From positions 57,352,001 through 57,416,000 of the forward strand of contig CM059438.1 of NCBI GenBank assembly GCA_030390025.1: a stretch of 64,000 nt of DNA, in the 5' to 3' direction. Under the pieces are notes generated by a model. It ran no database searches. It was not told where the DNA came from and worked only from the letters and a program-made list of their open reading frames with translations. Origin of the DNA: Squalus acanthias (lineage: Eukaryota). The position numbers were made by a program, and so were the translations under genes. The stretch's first letter is position 1. Every line of letters starts with the position of its first letter. This document shows positions 13,476 through 25,510 of this stretch, one piece after another.

Positions 13476-16250
13476 TCAGTCCCATTCCCCCGCTCTATCC
13501 CCGTAGCCCTGCAAGTTTATTTCCCTCAAGTGCCTATCCAGTCTCCCCTTGAAAGCATTGAGTGTCTCCGCTTCCACCACTTCCGTCGGCAGCGAATTCC
13601 AGGTCCTCACCACTCGCTGCGTAAAAAAGTTTTTTCTCACATCCCCCCTGTATCTCTTGCCCAAAACCTTGAATCTGTGTCCCCTAGTCCTTGTACCATC
13701 AACTAGTGGGAACAGCCTTTCCCCGTCTAGCCTATCCAAACCCATCATAATCTTGTACACCTCTATCAAATCACCCCTCAACCTACTTTGCTCTAATGAA
13801 AACAAATCCAGCTTCTCCAACCTGTCCTTGTAGCTAAGATCACCCATCCCCGGAACCATTCGGTAAATCTCCTCTGCACCCTCTCAAGGGCCTTCATATC
13901 CTTCCTAAAGTGTGGTGGCCAGAACTGGACGCAATACTCCAGTTGTGGCCTAACCAGCGCTTTATAAAGGTTCAGCATAACTTCCCTACTTTTGTACTCA
14001 ATACCTCTATTTATGAAGCCCAAGATCCCATATGCGTTGCTAACCACTCTCTCAATATGTCCTGCCATCTTCAGGGACCTATGCTCATTAACTCCCAGGT
14101 CCCTCTGTCCCTGCACACTCTTTAAAACTGTGCCATTAAGTGTATATTGCCTCTCCCTGTTCCTTCTGCCAAAATGCATCACCTCACACTTCTCTGTATC
14201 AATTCCATCTGCCACTTGTCTGCCCATTCTGCTAGCCTTTCTATGTCCTGTTGCAGTCGATTGGTATCATCCTCACTGTTTGCCACACCCCCAAGTTTGG
14301 TGTAATCGGCAAATTTAGAAATACTGCTCTGTATTCCAATATCCAGGTCATTTATATATATCAAAAAAAGCAGTGGCCCCAGCACTGACCCTTGGGGAAC
14401 AGCACTGTCTACCATCCTCCAGTCTGAAAAACAGCCATTTACCACAACTTGCTGTTTTCTGTCCTTAAGCCAATTCCTTATCCAAGCTGCCACTGATCCA
14501 CCTATTCCATGAGCCTCAATTTTGTTAACCAGCCTTCTATGTGGTACTTTGTCAAATGCCTTCCGACAATCCATGTAGACAACATCCATTGCATTCCCTT
14601 CATCAATCCTCTCTGTTACTTCATCAAAAAATTCAATTAGATTAGTCAAACACGATCTGCCTTTTACAAATCCGTGTTGGCTCTCCTTAATTAGCTTAAA
14701 CTTCTCCAAGTGTCCGTTAATTTTTTCCTTGATTATTGTTTCTAAAACTTTACCCACCATTGATGTTAAACTGACTGGCCTGTAGTTACTAGGATTGTCC
14801 TTACACCCTTTCTTGAACAATGGTGTCACATTTGCCACTTTCCAATCCTCAGACACCTCCCCCGCATCTAGGGAAGATTGGAAAATTATGGCAAGCCCTT
14901 CCGCTATCTCCTCCCCCAATTCCCTTAGCAACCTGGGATGCAAGCCATCTGGACCAGGCGACTTGTCCACTCTAAGCATACCCAGCCTTTCTAGTACATC
15001 CTGTCAATCAATTTTCACCCCTTCCATTGCTTCTACCTTTTCCACTTCTCCCGATATTTTGTCAGCATCCACCTCCTTAGTCAACACCGATACAAAGTAC
15101 TCATTGAGTATTCTAGCCTTGCCCTGCGCCTCTAAGCATATATCACCTTCTTTGTCTCTAATAGGCCCCACCCCGCCTCTTACTACCCGCTTACTGTTTA
15201 CATGCCGGTAGAAGATTTTTGGGTTCCCTGTTATGTTAACCGCCATTCTACTCTCATATTCTCTCTTTTCATCTTCACTTCCCCTCTCTACTTATTGTAT
15301 TTGGTCTGGTTCTCCCTTGAAGAATTCACCTGACATGCATCATACACCCTCTTTTTTTGTTTCATCATCTTCGCTATCTCCCTCGTCATCCAAGGAGCCC
15401 TTGCTTTGGTACCCTTACCATTCCCTCTTGTTGGAATGTACCTAGCCTGTACTTGGAACATCTCCTCCTTAAAGATCACCCATTGTTCCGTTACAGTTTT
15501 TCCTGTCAGTCTTTGGTTCCATTTTACCCTGGCTAGATCCTTTCGCATCCCATTGAAGTTAGCCCTATTCCAGTTTAGAAGTTCCACTCTAGATTGTTCC
15601 TTGCTCCTCTCCATTGCTAATCTAAATCTTATGATACGATGATCACTCGTACCCAAGTGTTCTCCCACAGACACTTGGTCGACCTGGCCCACCTCATTCC
15701 CCAGCACCAGATGCAGCAATGCCTCCTTCCTAGTTGGGCCAAGAACATACTGGTCAAGGAAATTGTCCTGAACACATTTCAGAAATTCCTCCCCCTCCTT
15801 TCCCTTTACCCTAGCATTATCCCAATCGATATTTGGGTAATTAAAGTCCCCCAATATCACCACTCTATAGCTCTTGCATATCTGTGCGATTTCCCTGCAG
15901 ATTTGCTTCTCGACCTCCCTCTCACTATTTGGAGGCCTGTAGAATACCCCCAATAGCATGATCATACCCTTTTTGCTCCTCAACTCTAACCAGATGAATT
16001 CTGTCCTTGTCCCCTCAAGAACATCCCCTCTTTCCAACACTACAATGTCTTCCTTAATCAGCACTGCCACCCCACCTCCCTTTTATAGCCACGTTTCCGT
16101 TATTGCCACAACATCATATTGCCACACGGCTAATTGTGCTTGTAGCTCAACAACCTTATTCACCACACTTTGTGTGTTTACGTACATGCATTCTAAGCCC
16201 ATTTTTGAATTTTTCGTAGTCTTTCTTAGTTTGCTCCTATCTAATATGGT
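13476..16250 (-). pseudogene. CR1 ORF2 (apurinic endonuclease + reverse transcriptase), frameshifted
   Basis: LECMYVN, AITETWL, GVFYRPPN, LGDFNYP, SDHRII; KSPGPDG, QHGFVKGRSCLTNL, PQGSVLGP, SKFADYTK across ORFs 13476-13859, 13793-14227, 14179-14979, 15004-15246, 15288-16070. Confidence 0.92.
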
Positions 16251-16299
16251 ACTACTACTGCCTCTAGTGCTACTTTCTTCTCTAGTACTATCCAACACA

Positions 16300-17298
16300 C
16301 TCACTCTTTTATGCACCTTATTCCTCTTTTCTACTCCTATATGCTGGTGCCCATCCCCCTGCCAAGCTAGTTTAAACCCTCCGCAACAGCACTTGCAAAC
16401 CTCCCCGCAAGAATATTGGTCCCGGCTCTGTTGAGGTGTAACCCATCTGGCTTGTACAGGTCCCACCTTTCCCAGAAATGGTCCCAATGCCTCAGGAATC
16501 TAAAGCCATCTCTCCAGCCACACATTCATCTGTTCTATCCTCCTATTCCTGTACTCACTAGCATGTGGTACCGGGAGTAATCCAGAGATTACTACCTTTG
16601 AGGTACTGCTTTTTAATCTCTCTCCTAGCTCCCTAAACTCTGCCTGCAGGACCTCATCCCTCTTTCTGCCTATGTCGTTGGTACCGATATGGACAACAAC
16701 CTCTGGCTGTTCACCCTCCCCACTCAGAATGTCCTGCAGCCACTCAGTGAAATCCTTGACCCTGGCACCAGGGAGGCAACATACCATCCTGGAGTCACGT
16801 CTGCGGCCATAGAAACGCCTGTCTGCTCCCCTAACTATCGAATCCCCTGCCACTATTGCTCTTCCACTCTTTTTCCTCCCCCCTTGTGCAGCTGAGCCAC
16901 CCATGGTGGACTTGGCTCTGGCTGCACTCCCCAGTGGAACCATCGCCCTCACCAGTACTCAGAACAGAATACTGGTTGGAGAGCGAGATGCACTCCGGGG
17001 ACTCCTGCACTACCTCCCTGGTCCTCCTCTTTTGTTTGGCGGACATCCATTCCCTCTCTGCCTGCATACTCTTAAGCTGCGGGGTGGCCACCTCTAGAAA
17101 CGTGCTATCCACATAACTCTCAGTCTCGCGGATGCACCGCAGTGACTCCAGCTGCCGCTCAAGCTCTGAAACACGGATCTCAAGCTGCCGTAGCTGGCGA
17201 CACTTCCTGCACATGTGGTCGTCCAGGCTACGCGAAGCGTCCAGGACTTCCCACATGGCACAGGATGTGCACTCCATGGGACTGAGCTGCCCTGCCAT
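16300..17298 (-). pseudogene. CR1 ORF1 (zinc finger/leucine zipper + SGNH esterase), frameshifted
   Basis: CTSC...CRKC followed by a heptad leucine repeat; GDSIVRG, CLPGARV, HIGTNDI esterase motifs. Confidence 0.9.
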
Positions 17299-17754
17299 GC
17301 CTCTATTTAATAGACTAAGAACTAACTTAGCAGAAATAAACTTAAAACTTAAAAAAAACACTCACCAGCTGCTCACCAATCAGCTCCTTCCCTTGTGCCA
17401 ACGTCACTTTTTCTACTCTGACGTCACTCTTTCGGATTCTGCCTCTGTTGAGTTGTTGCCTCTCTCGCTCTGCTCCCGCTCTGGTCTCGCCCAGGTCTGC
17501 TGCCTCCCCCCAAATAAGTCTAGACTTATTTTATTTATTTAGTTAAAGTCTTTAATCAATGATTATTTGTAGTTGTATTAATTATTTTAACTCGTTAAGA
17601 TATAAATTTAATACAGTATGTTATAGTTTCCCAATCCTAGTTGAAACCACTGTCCGAGGTTAGAGAGAAAAAACCCCTTAATACTCACCAACCAATCACC
17701 TACCTGCTGTCCTGTGACGTCACACCTTGCTTTTTTGGACTCCTGGATTTTTTT

Positions 17755-18160
17755 CCTCTCTGCTCCGGTTCCCGGCTCGGTCCGCTCCTCCTCGGCTGCT
17801 CACAGTGAGTTCAGGCCCCTCTCCGACCGCACTCTTTATTTACTGGCCTCTGCTCCGGTTCCCGGCTCGGTCCGCTCCTCCTCCGCTGCTCGCAGTGAGT
17901 TCAGGCCCCTCTCCGACCGCGCTCTTTATTTACTGGCCTCTGCTCCGGTTCCCGGCTCGGTCCACTCCTCCTCGGCTGCTCACAGTGAGTTCAGGCCCCT
18001 CTCCGACCGCGCTCTTTATTTACTGGCCTCTGCTCCGGTTCCCGGCTCGGTCCGCTCCTCCTCGGCTGCTCGCAGTGAGTTCAGGCCCCTCTCCGACCGC
18101 GCTCTTTATTTACTGGCCTCTGCTCCGGTTCCCGGCTCGGTCCACTCCTCCTCAGCTGCT
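17755..18160. repeat. 90-bp tandem repeat (about 4.5 copies) in CR1 5' UTR
   Basis: Unit TGCTCCGGTTCCCGGCTCGGTCC...TTTACTGGCCTC recurs at 17761, 17851, 17941, 18031, 18121. Confidence 0.92.
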
Positions 18161-19136
18161 CGCCCAACCAGTCCACACGAGCCTCCGCTCGTCTTTCCTC
18201 ATCTAAATCTATCAGTATAACCCTCTATTCCCTTCTCCCTCATATGCTTTTCTAGCCTCCCCTTAAATGCATCGATACTATTCGCTTCAACCACTCCCTG
18301 TGGTAGCGAGTTCCACATTCTCACCACTCTTTGGGTAAAGAAGTTTCATCTGAATTCCCTATTGGATCTGTTGGATTGATGGCCTCTAGTTATACTCTTC
18401 CCCACAAGTGGAAACATTCTCTCGGTATCCACGCTATCAAAATTTTTCATAATTTTAAAGACCTCTATTAGGTCACCCCTCAGCCTTTTTTCAAGAGAAA
18501 AGAGACTCAGCCTGTTCATCCTTTCCTGATATGTATACTCTCACATTTTTGGTATCGTCCTTGTAAATCGTCTCTGCACCCTCTCCAGTGCCTCTATATC
18601 CTTTTTATAATATGGCGACCAGAACTGTACGCAGTACTCCAAGTGTGGTCTAACCAAGGTTTGATACAGGTTTAGCATAACTTCCATACTTTTCAATTCT
18701 ATTCCTCTAGAAATAAACCCTAGTGCTTGGTTTGCTTTTTTTATGGCCTTGCTAACCTGCGTTGCAACTTTTAGTGATTTGTATATTTGTACTCCTAGAT
18801 CCCTTTATTCCTCTACCCACCTAGACTCGCACCCTCCAAGTGATAAGTGACCCCCCTATTCTTCTTACCAAAATGTAATACCTCACATTTATCTGTGTTG
18901 AACTTCATTTGCCAATTATATGCCCATTCTGCAAGTTTATTAATGTCCTCCTGTAACTTGTAGCAGTCCTCAGTATTGACTATCCCCCCCAATTTGGTGT
19001 CATCCGCAAATTTAGAAATTGTGTTTTTGATTCCAAAGTCTAAATCGTTAATATAAATTGTGAACAGCAATGGTCCCAGCACTGATCCTTGTGGAACACT
19101 ACTACCCACCTTCTGCCACTGTGAATAGCTACCCTT

Positions 19137-19483
19137 GACAGGGTAGATGCAGGGAGGATGTTTCCCCTCGTGGGGGAATCTAGAACTAGGGGGCATAGTT
19201 TCAGAATAAGGGGTCATCCATTTAAAACGGAGATGAGGAGGAATTTCTTCTCTCAGAGGGTCGTGAATCTTTGGAATTCTCTACCCCAGAGAGCTGTGGA
19301 GGCTGAGTTATTGAATATATTCAAGGCGGAGATAGACAGATTTTTGAAAAACAGGTGAATCAAGGGTTATGGGGAATGGGCAGGAAAGTAGAGTTGAGGC
19401 CAAGATCAGATCAGCCATGATCTTATTGAATGGTGGAGCAGGCTCGAGGGGCCGAATGGCCTACTCCTGCTCCTATTTCTTAT
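19137..19483 (+). mobile_element. Short CR1 3' end inserted in opposite orientation into the host CR1
   Basis: MFPLVGESRTRGH...NLWNSLP and CCTATTTCTTA tail. Confidence 0.88.
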
Positions 19484-20272
19484 TTACTCCCACTCTCTGC
19501 TTTCTGTCCTGAAGCCAGCCAGCAATCCATTCTACTACTTGTCCCCTGACTCCGCATTCTCTGACCTTGTTCATCAGTCTATTATGGGGTACCTTATCGT
19601 TGGCCTTTTGAAAATCCAGATAAATTACATCTACTGCATTACCATTGTCCACTCTCTGTTACCTCTTCAAAAAATCCAATAAGGTTGGTCAAGCAAGACT
19701 TTCCCTTTTGAAATCCATGTTGACTATTCATTATTATATTTTTGGTTTCTAGATGTTCTTCCATTTTCTCGTTTAGTAGGGATTTCATTATTTTTCCTAC
19801 CACTGATGTTAAGCTAACTGGTCTATAATTCCCTGGACATGTTCTGTCCCCCTTCTTAAATATCGCTATTACGTTAGCTATCCGCCAGTCCTCTGGCACT
19901 ATATCTTTTTCTAATGAATTATTAAATATGCGTAGTAATGCCTCTGCTATCTCTTCCCTAGATTCTTTTAAAATGCGTGGATGCAATCCATCCGGACCAG
20001 GGGTTTTATCCTCTTTGAGTTTGATTAATTTATTTAATATATCCCCTTTTTTTATTTTAAATGCACTTATCTCATTACTAATCTCATCATCCAATGTCAT
20101 GTCCACCTGTTCTATCTCCCTGGTAAATATCATATGTACTGTGACACCACATGTACTGTGACACCACATGGACTGTGACACCACATGGACTGTAAATCAC
20201 ACGCACTGTAACACAATAGGCATTGTAATGCTACTAGTATTCATTCATTCATCCATTAATAATGGAAGTGCG

Positions 20273-20810
20273 CGCACGCAGGCGCGCACTTAGACAAATG
20301 ATACGCACGCACGCACTCATACATACATATTGGAACTTACGCTCGATCGAACGAACGCTTGAATGAACGAACGAACAATTGAATGAATGATTGAATGATC
20401 GAACGAACAATGCCAGTAGGACTGGCATAAAACGGGTTTTTTCTTGGTTTATTGGAATAAATGTTATCTGTAGCATTTAATTGGATTATGATGGTGCTAT
20501 GTGTTTGTACACTGTGGTGTTGAAATGGTTTGTTTTATGTGGAGTTAACTTTGAGATTTATTATTTTAAATCTAAAAAGTTGTGTGGTATTGTTTAAGGG
20601 TATTTGTACTGTAAACATTATTGATTATTTGTAAAATTTAATCATTGCATTTATATTAACTATGAGGCTGTTTTTAAGGCTTTATTTTTTACTGTGATGG
20701 ATGAATGTAATGGATTTACTATGTAATGGATTTACTATGTAATTGATGAGTTGTACAGGTATTATTGTTTTTGAATAAAAATATTTGAACTATGTTCATC
20801 GAAAAAAAAA
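20273..20810 (+). mobile_element. Retroposed poly(A)-tailed insert (L1/Tx1-like 3' UTR) with 13-15-bp TSD
   Basis: TSD TAATGGAAGTGCG at 20260-20272 and 20811-20823; AATAAA at about 20775; A9 tail. Confidence 0.8.
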
Positions 20811-21605
20811 TAATGGAAGTGCGACTTCTGCAGAGTGTGACGTGAGCAGAGTGTGCAAATAGCTATCTGGGAGGAGAGTATGAATTAGTGTCTACTTGAA
20901 TACATGAGTACTTCTGTATCATTCTCCATTGTATTATACTGTGTATTTATCTGTGTTCTGCTAGTAGCTGCACTATCTAGATTTGAAATTGTATATTTGA
21001 TTAGTTGAGGAAAACAGGTAGTTGGGGTTTAAGTTGGGGTGTAATTAGAGGGCAATTAAGGGAAATTGAAAAACAGGTGTAGGAAATAAGGGAGTGACTG
21101 GTAGTCAGGTGACTTAAGTTAGAATTTACTGGGGCAGAAAAAGCCTTTCATTGGAGTCTCTGGGGTTGAACCACCTTTTTTAAGTTTATACTCTAAATGA
21201 AAGAACAGTGTTCAGGGAGATTGACAACACACTTGGCAAACAGAAGATTAAGTACAGGACTAAACTGCAGCACTCCTGTGTTGATCAGTTAATTGAATGG
21301 CAATTAAGCCAGTATCTAACCTAACCAGATGCTGTTAAAGGCATAAATTATCTTTTGGGCTACTGTCTTTTTTAGATGAAGCTGCACATGCTGGTAACTT
21401 GGAAGGCTGACATTCTTTCTATTCTTTAACAACAAACAGCAATGAAATTAATGACCATAATATAATTTGTTTCAGGTGTTGATTAAAAGATACATATTGG
21501 TCAGGACACCAGAAAAACTCCCTTACTCTTCTTTGAAAGAAAGAGGCTGTCCTTGTTCACAACTTTGTCAGGTTAACTGTTAGCATTTTTGCCTAATACC
21601 ATCAC

Positions 21606-23060
21606 CATGTTCAAGCAAAAGGCATCAACAGTGTCTCAGGAAAAATGCTGTTCAGCTTTTAAAGAGGAATGGCTCTTGGAAGTTGTGGAAACTGTCTGGT
21701 AGGTGCCTTTGGAAACTGGGTGACACTTTTCAGTATTCAGTGAGTGCCAGGATTGTGTGTAAATTATGTTCTGAAGCCAAAGTTAATGGCAAATTTGCAA
21801 TTTGCCAAAAATGGGCTGAATGGAAACTGGACTATCTGAAACGCCACTTGGTTCAAAAAGCTCATGTTGATGCAGTTCAAAGATTGTGTAACCGGAAACA
21901 TGGCTTTGGAATTTGCAGAGTCTGCTGAAAACCGACAGAAGTGCGTTGAACTGGGGGAACATCAGTGAGCAAATCTGGACAAAATAATTTTCTGATTGAC
22001 AATGTGCTCATTGCTATAAAAATAAACTCATGCAGAAAATTAATGACTTTGTACAGATGTTAATATTTCTACCAGCTGGAGAAGCAAGAACTACCTGAAT
22101 TTGTACAGTCTATTAACACTGTAATGCAAATCGAGGCATTGGCAGCTGTATGCAATTCCCGAGTACATACGCTGATAGTTGATGAAAGCACCGACATTGT
22201 GCATAAAATGTTAATCCTGTACATAAAGTTTTGTGAGCAGAACAATGTCAGCCACAAGGCTGTGTTTGCTTGCGTTGTCCAGTTAAGTGTGTGTGATGCT
22301 CGTAGCATTAGATGCTATCAGCAGTTCTACATGGATCACAAACGGATCTACGGAGAATGGTGATGTTGACTTCAGATGACGCATCTGTCGTGTTCGTAGG
22401 CATAACTGTGTAGCTGTCCAGCTTGGTGTGTGCAGAACTTGCTAAAACAACTGTGGTGCCTGAGAAGATCTGGGAATGATGCTTGGAAAGGTGTACCAAT
22501 GATGAAAGAAGTGGAAACACTAGTACAAACTGTATATGCCAGATTTAGCTGATCATCTGTTAAAGCTAAGTTTGAGTTAGCCAACATTATGGAAGTTGAT
22601 GCATTATCATTCAGGTCTTTGAATGAAGTGCGCTGGTTATCACACAAATTTACTGTAAATGCCCTTCTGAGAAATTACAATGTACTAGTAGAAGTAAGGT
22701 GGAAGCCAATGATATAGTGAAGTACTATCTCAAACCTTGCAGATCTGCAGTATCGTAATGCACTGACTGTGCTAGATGATGTTTTGGGGGAATTGTGTGA
22801 ACTGCCACATTTTTCATAGTGTCAGTGTCCTTGAAGCCTATCACTATGCAAAGGCCAAAAATGCACACCCAGTACCTCTGGGAAGAAACTCACTGGAGTG
22901 AGAAAGTGAAACAAGAAATGGCATCTCTCAGCAATACCGTCGATACAACAGGTATTCTGTTTTATTACAAGGCTGTGAACCTTTAGATGCTCTCTTTCTG
23001 GAGAATGAGCTGCAAGAGTGGTCTGCATTTAATATCCAAGCACTGGTTTCAGCCAAATTT
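21606..23060 (+). pseudogene. Decayed hAT transposase (ZNF862/C17orf113-like)
   Basis: CKLC...EWKLDYLKRH...H zinc-finger-like segment, LIVDESTDI, LTSDDASV, EVRWLS motifs broken by stops and frameshifts. Confidence 0.8.
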
Positions 23061-23614
23061 GATTACGGCACAGAATGTGTAAGTTGACCATCTTGAGGAT
23101 AAAATCCTACCCTGCAGCAAATGAAGAATGTCAACCATGGCAGAAACTGAGAAAGACAGACAGATTTCCAGCATGATGTAACTGTCATGTTGAATAAATA
23201 TAAACCTTATTTACTTGCATTGTTATACATACAGTACTGCCAGTTTGCCAACTGTCATGCTGTAATCACAGTTTGAGATGTAAGGAAATTTCTTTAAACT
23301 CAATTAAATGATTCCTTAGTTCAGGCTCGAACATATTGTCCAAATGCAAGTTTAGATACAAATAGTGTAATAACTATTACGGTTATACAATCGACTCAAA
23401 CAACCTGCTTTCCTGCAGACCCAAGCAATGTCCCCTTTAAGCTGTGCATTCCAGGGAACCCGTGCAGCCAGCTTTTCAATGTAAAAACCATGCATGCGCA
23501 GTATTTTGACTGGCCCGCACGGCCCCTGAAGAGGACATGCATAGCCAAACAAAATTACAAGAAACCTTGCCAATGTGGCTTCAAAAAGTAATGTCTTACA
23601 ATTTTATGTCACCA

Positions 23615-24780
23615 AGATGGTGGATAAGGGAAGCCAGTAGGCATTGTCTATGTTGACTTCCAAAAAGCTTTTAAGGTACCACACAAGAGCTTTCTGTACA
23701 ATATTAAAGCCTTTGGTATTGGTGGTAATGTAGTGAGCTAGATTGAGAACTAGCTGGAAGGACTTAAGCAGAAAGTAGCTGTAGATGGAAGTTGTATCTG
23801 GTTTGAAGACCAGTCACCAGTGGTGTCTTGCAATGGTCGCTGTTGGGGGCACAATCTGCAAATTTGCAGATAATACAAAGATCTGTAAGTGCTAGGATTG
23901 TAGCCGATGCTCTGTTGTTTCAGCTGGATCTTGATGTGTTGCGGGATTGGGCTCATGACTGGGAAATGATTTTGAAAGTGTAGTAGTCCACATGTGGGTA
24001 GGGCAAATGTTCAACATACACCCTTCAGGAGAAAGAGGTCTAGGTGTGCTAGTGCATAGATCTCGAGGATCTTGCGCAATCCCGTGAAGCAAATAGGGTG
24101 GTGGGGCGCTTTCATTAAAGAATAGGCATACTATTTTTGTCCTTGTTACAAGACCTTGGTTGGAATAATGTGGCCAGTTTTGCTCTCTTGGTTAGTGATT
24201 ATTGAGGTTTTTGAAAGTGCAGAGGAGAGCCACTAGACTAATCCCAGTTTAAAGCATCTTGGTTATCAAGATAGGCTAGAAGTGCTGGGATTCTACACTT
24301 TAGAGAAGTGTAGACTTGGGGATGATTTGAGGTTTATAAGATGAATGGAATAGATCTGTTTGTTCCAATTAAATGTTAAGGAGGACTGGGGTCACAATTT
24401 AAAGTTGTATAAGGCCATATCTAGGTTAGATGTCAGGAGGTTCTTTTCCCAGAGAATAATGGTCCTCGAACAAGCTGCTGGCTTGTGGGGTGAATGCCGA
24501 CTTGCTGAATTCCTTCAAGTGAGAGCTGGACTTGTTTCTGGCTAGGGCAGCGATCACCTCTTAGAAAAGGTAGGTATTGCAAGGAATTTGTGGTCGGTGT
24601 GGGATTAGTTTCGATGCTGAGAGGAATTGGAGAGGAATTTCCCAGATTTTCTTCCCCAAAATTGGCCTGGGTTTTACTTTTTTCCACCTCTCCCAGCTGA
24701 TCACATGGCTTTTAGGTGGGGTGTGTGTAGGAAAGGCTGGATGGACCAGAGGGTCTTTTCCTGTTTTGTATATGCTGTAC
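23615..24780 (+). mobile_element. Old degenerate CR1 RT fragment with 3' UTR
   Basis: VYVDFQKAF-like and GHNLKL...RRFFSQR remnants. Confidence 0.75.
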
Positions 24781-24914
24781 CCATTCTTCAATATGCTGAA
24801 AAGGAAACTCCTTTTTGTTCCAAGGCACACCATTGCTGCTCCTGAGAAATTGTTAGGCAGAACTAGAGTTAAACCAACCTCTGTTCCATAACTATCCAAT
24901 AGAATTTCATGGTG

Positions 24915-25510
24915 CCCAACTGTAGGTGGCACAGTAAATAGAGTAGATGAGAGCAGAAAGTTGCAAAGGGGTATTGATAGATTAAGTGAGTGTGGTGGGG
25001 TGGGGGGGTGGTGGAAGCTATGGCAGATGGTGTTCAATGTGGGGAAGTTTGAGATCTTAGACTTTGGACCCAAGAAAGATCAGTATTTTGTAAATACTAA
25101 AAAGCTAGGAACTGTGGAAGAGCAGAGGTCCAAGTACAGAAATCACTAAGATAGTGGACAGGTACAAAAATTAATTAAAAGACTAATGGAATGTTGGCCT
25201 CAAGTGGGCTGGAATACAAAAGGGTGGAAGTTGTTAGTTGTGTATAGCTCTGGTTAAACCCCATTTGGAGTACTGCACCTCACATGATATTGACCTTGGA
25301 GAGGTTGCAGTGCAGATTCACCAGAATGATACTGGGGCTAATGGGTTACATTGACAGTGGGTTACATAGACTAGGCTTCCAGAACAAGGGGCATATCCTT
25401 AGTCCATTCAGGGGTTGATGTCAAAGCACTTCACACAAAGGGTAGTGGAAATCTAACTTTCCTCAAAGCTGTTGAAGCTGGAGGTCAACTGAAAATTTCA
25501 ACTGATTAGG
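24915..25510 (+). mobile_element. Old degenerate CR1 RT fragment
   Basis: LQRGIDRLSE...WQMVFNVGK and LERLQCRFTRMILG remnants. Confidence 0.75.

Larger units (their letters stand above)
13404..18160 (-). mobile_element. Near full-length CR1 LINE
   Basis: 5' UTR tandem repeats, ORF1, APE-RT ORF2 and 3' UTR in correct order. Confidence 0.93.
13361..20125 (-). mobile_element. 5'-truncated CR1 LINE inserted in the 17-bp minisatellite; hosts two further CR1s
   Basis: 3' tail at 13361-13403 resumes at 18161; RT ORFs 18813-19130 and 19639-20120. Confidence 0.85.

Noticed and set aside
17714..18220. 168-aa and 159-aa repeat ORFs
   Set aside because: Antisense translation of the 90-bp CR1 5' UTR repeat
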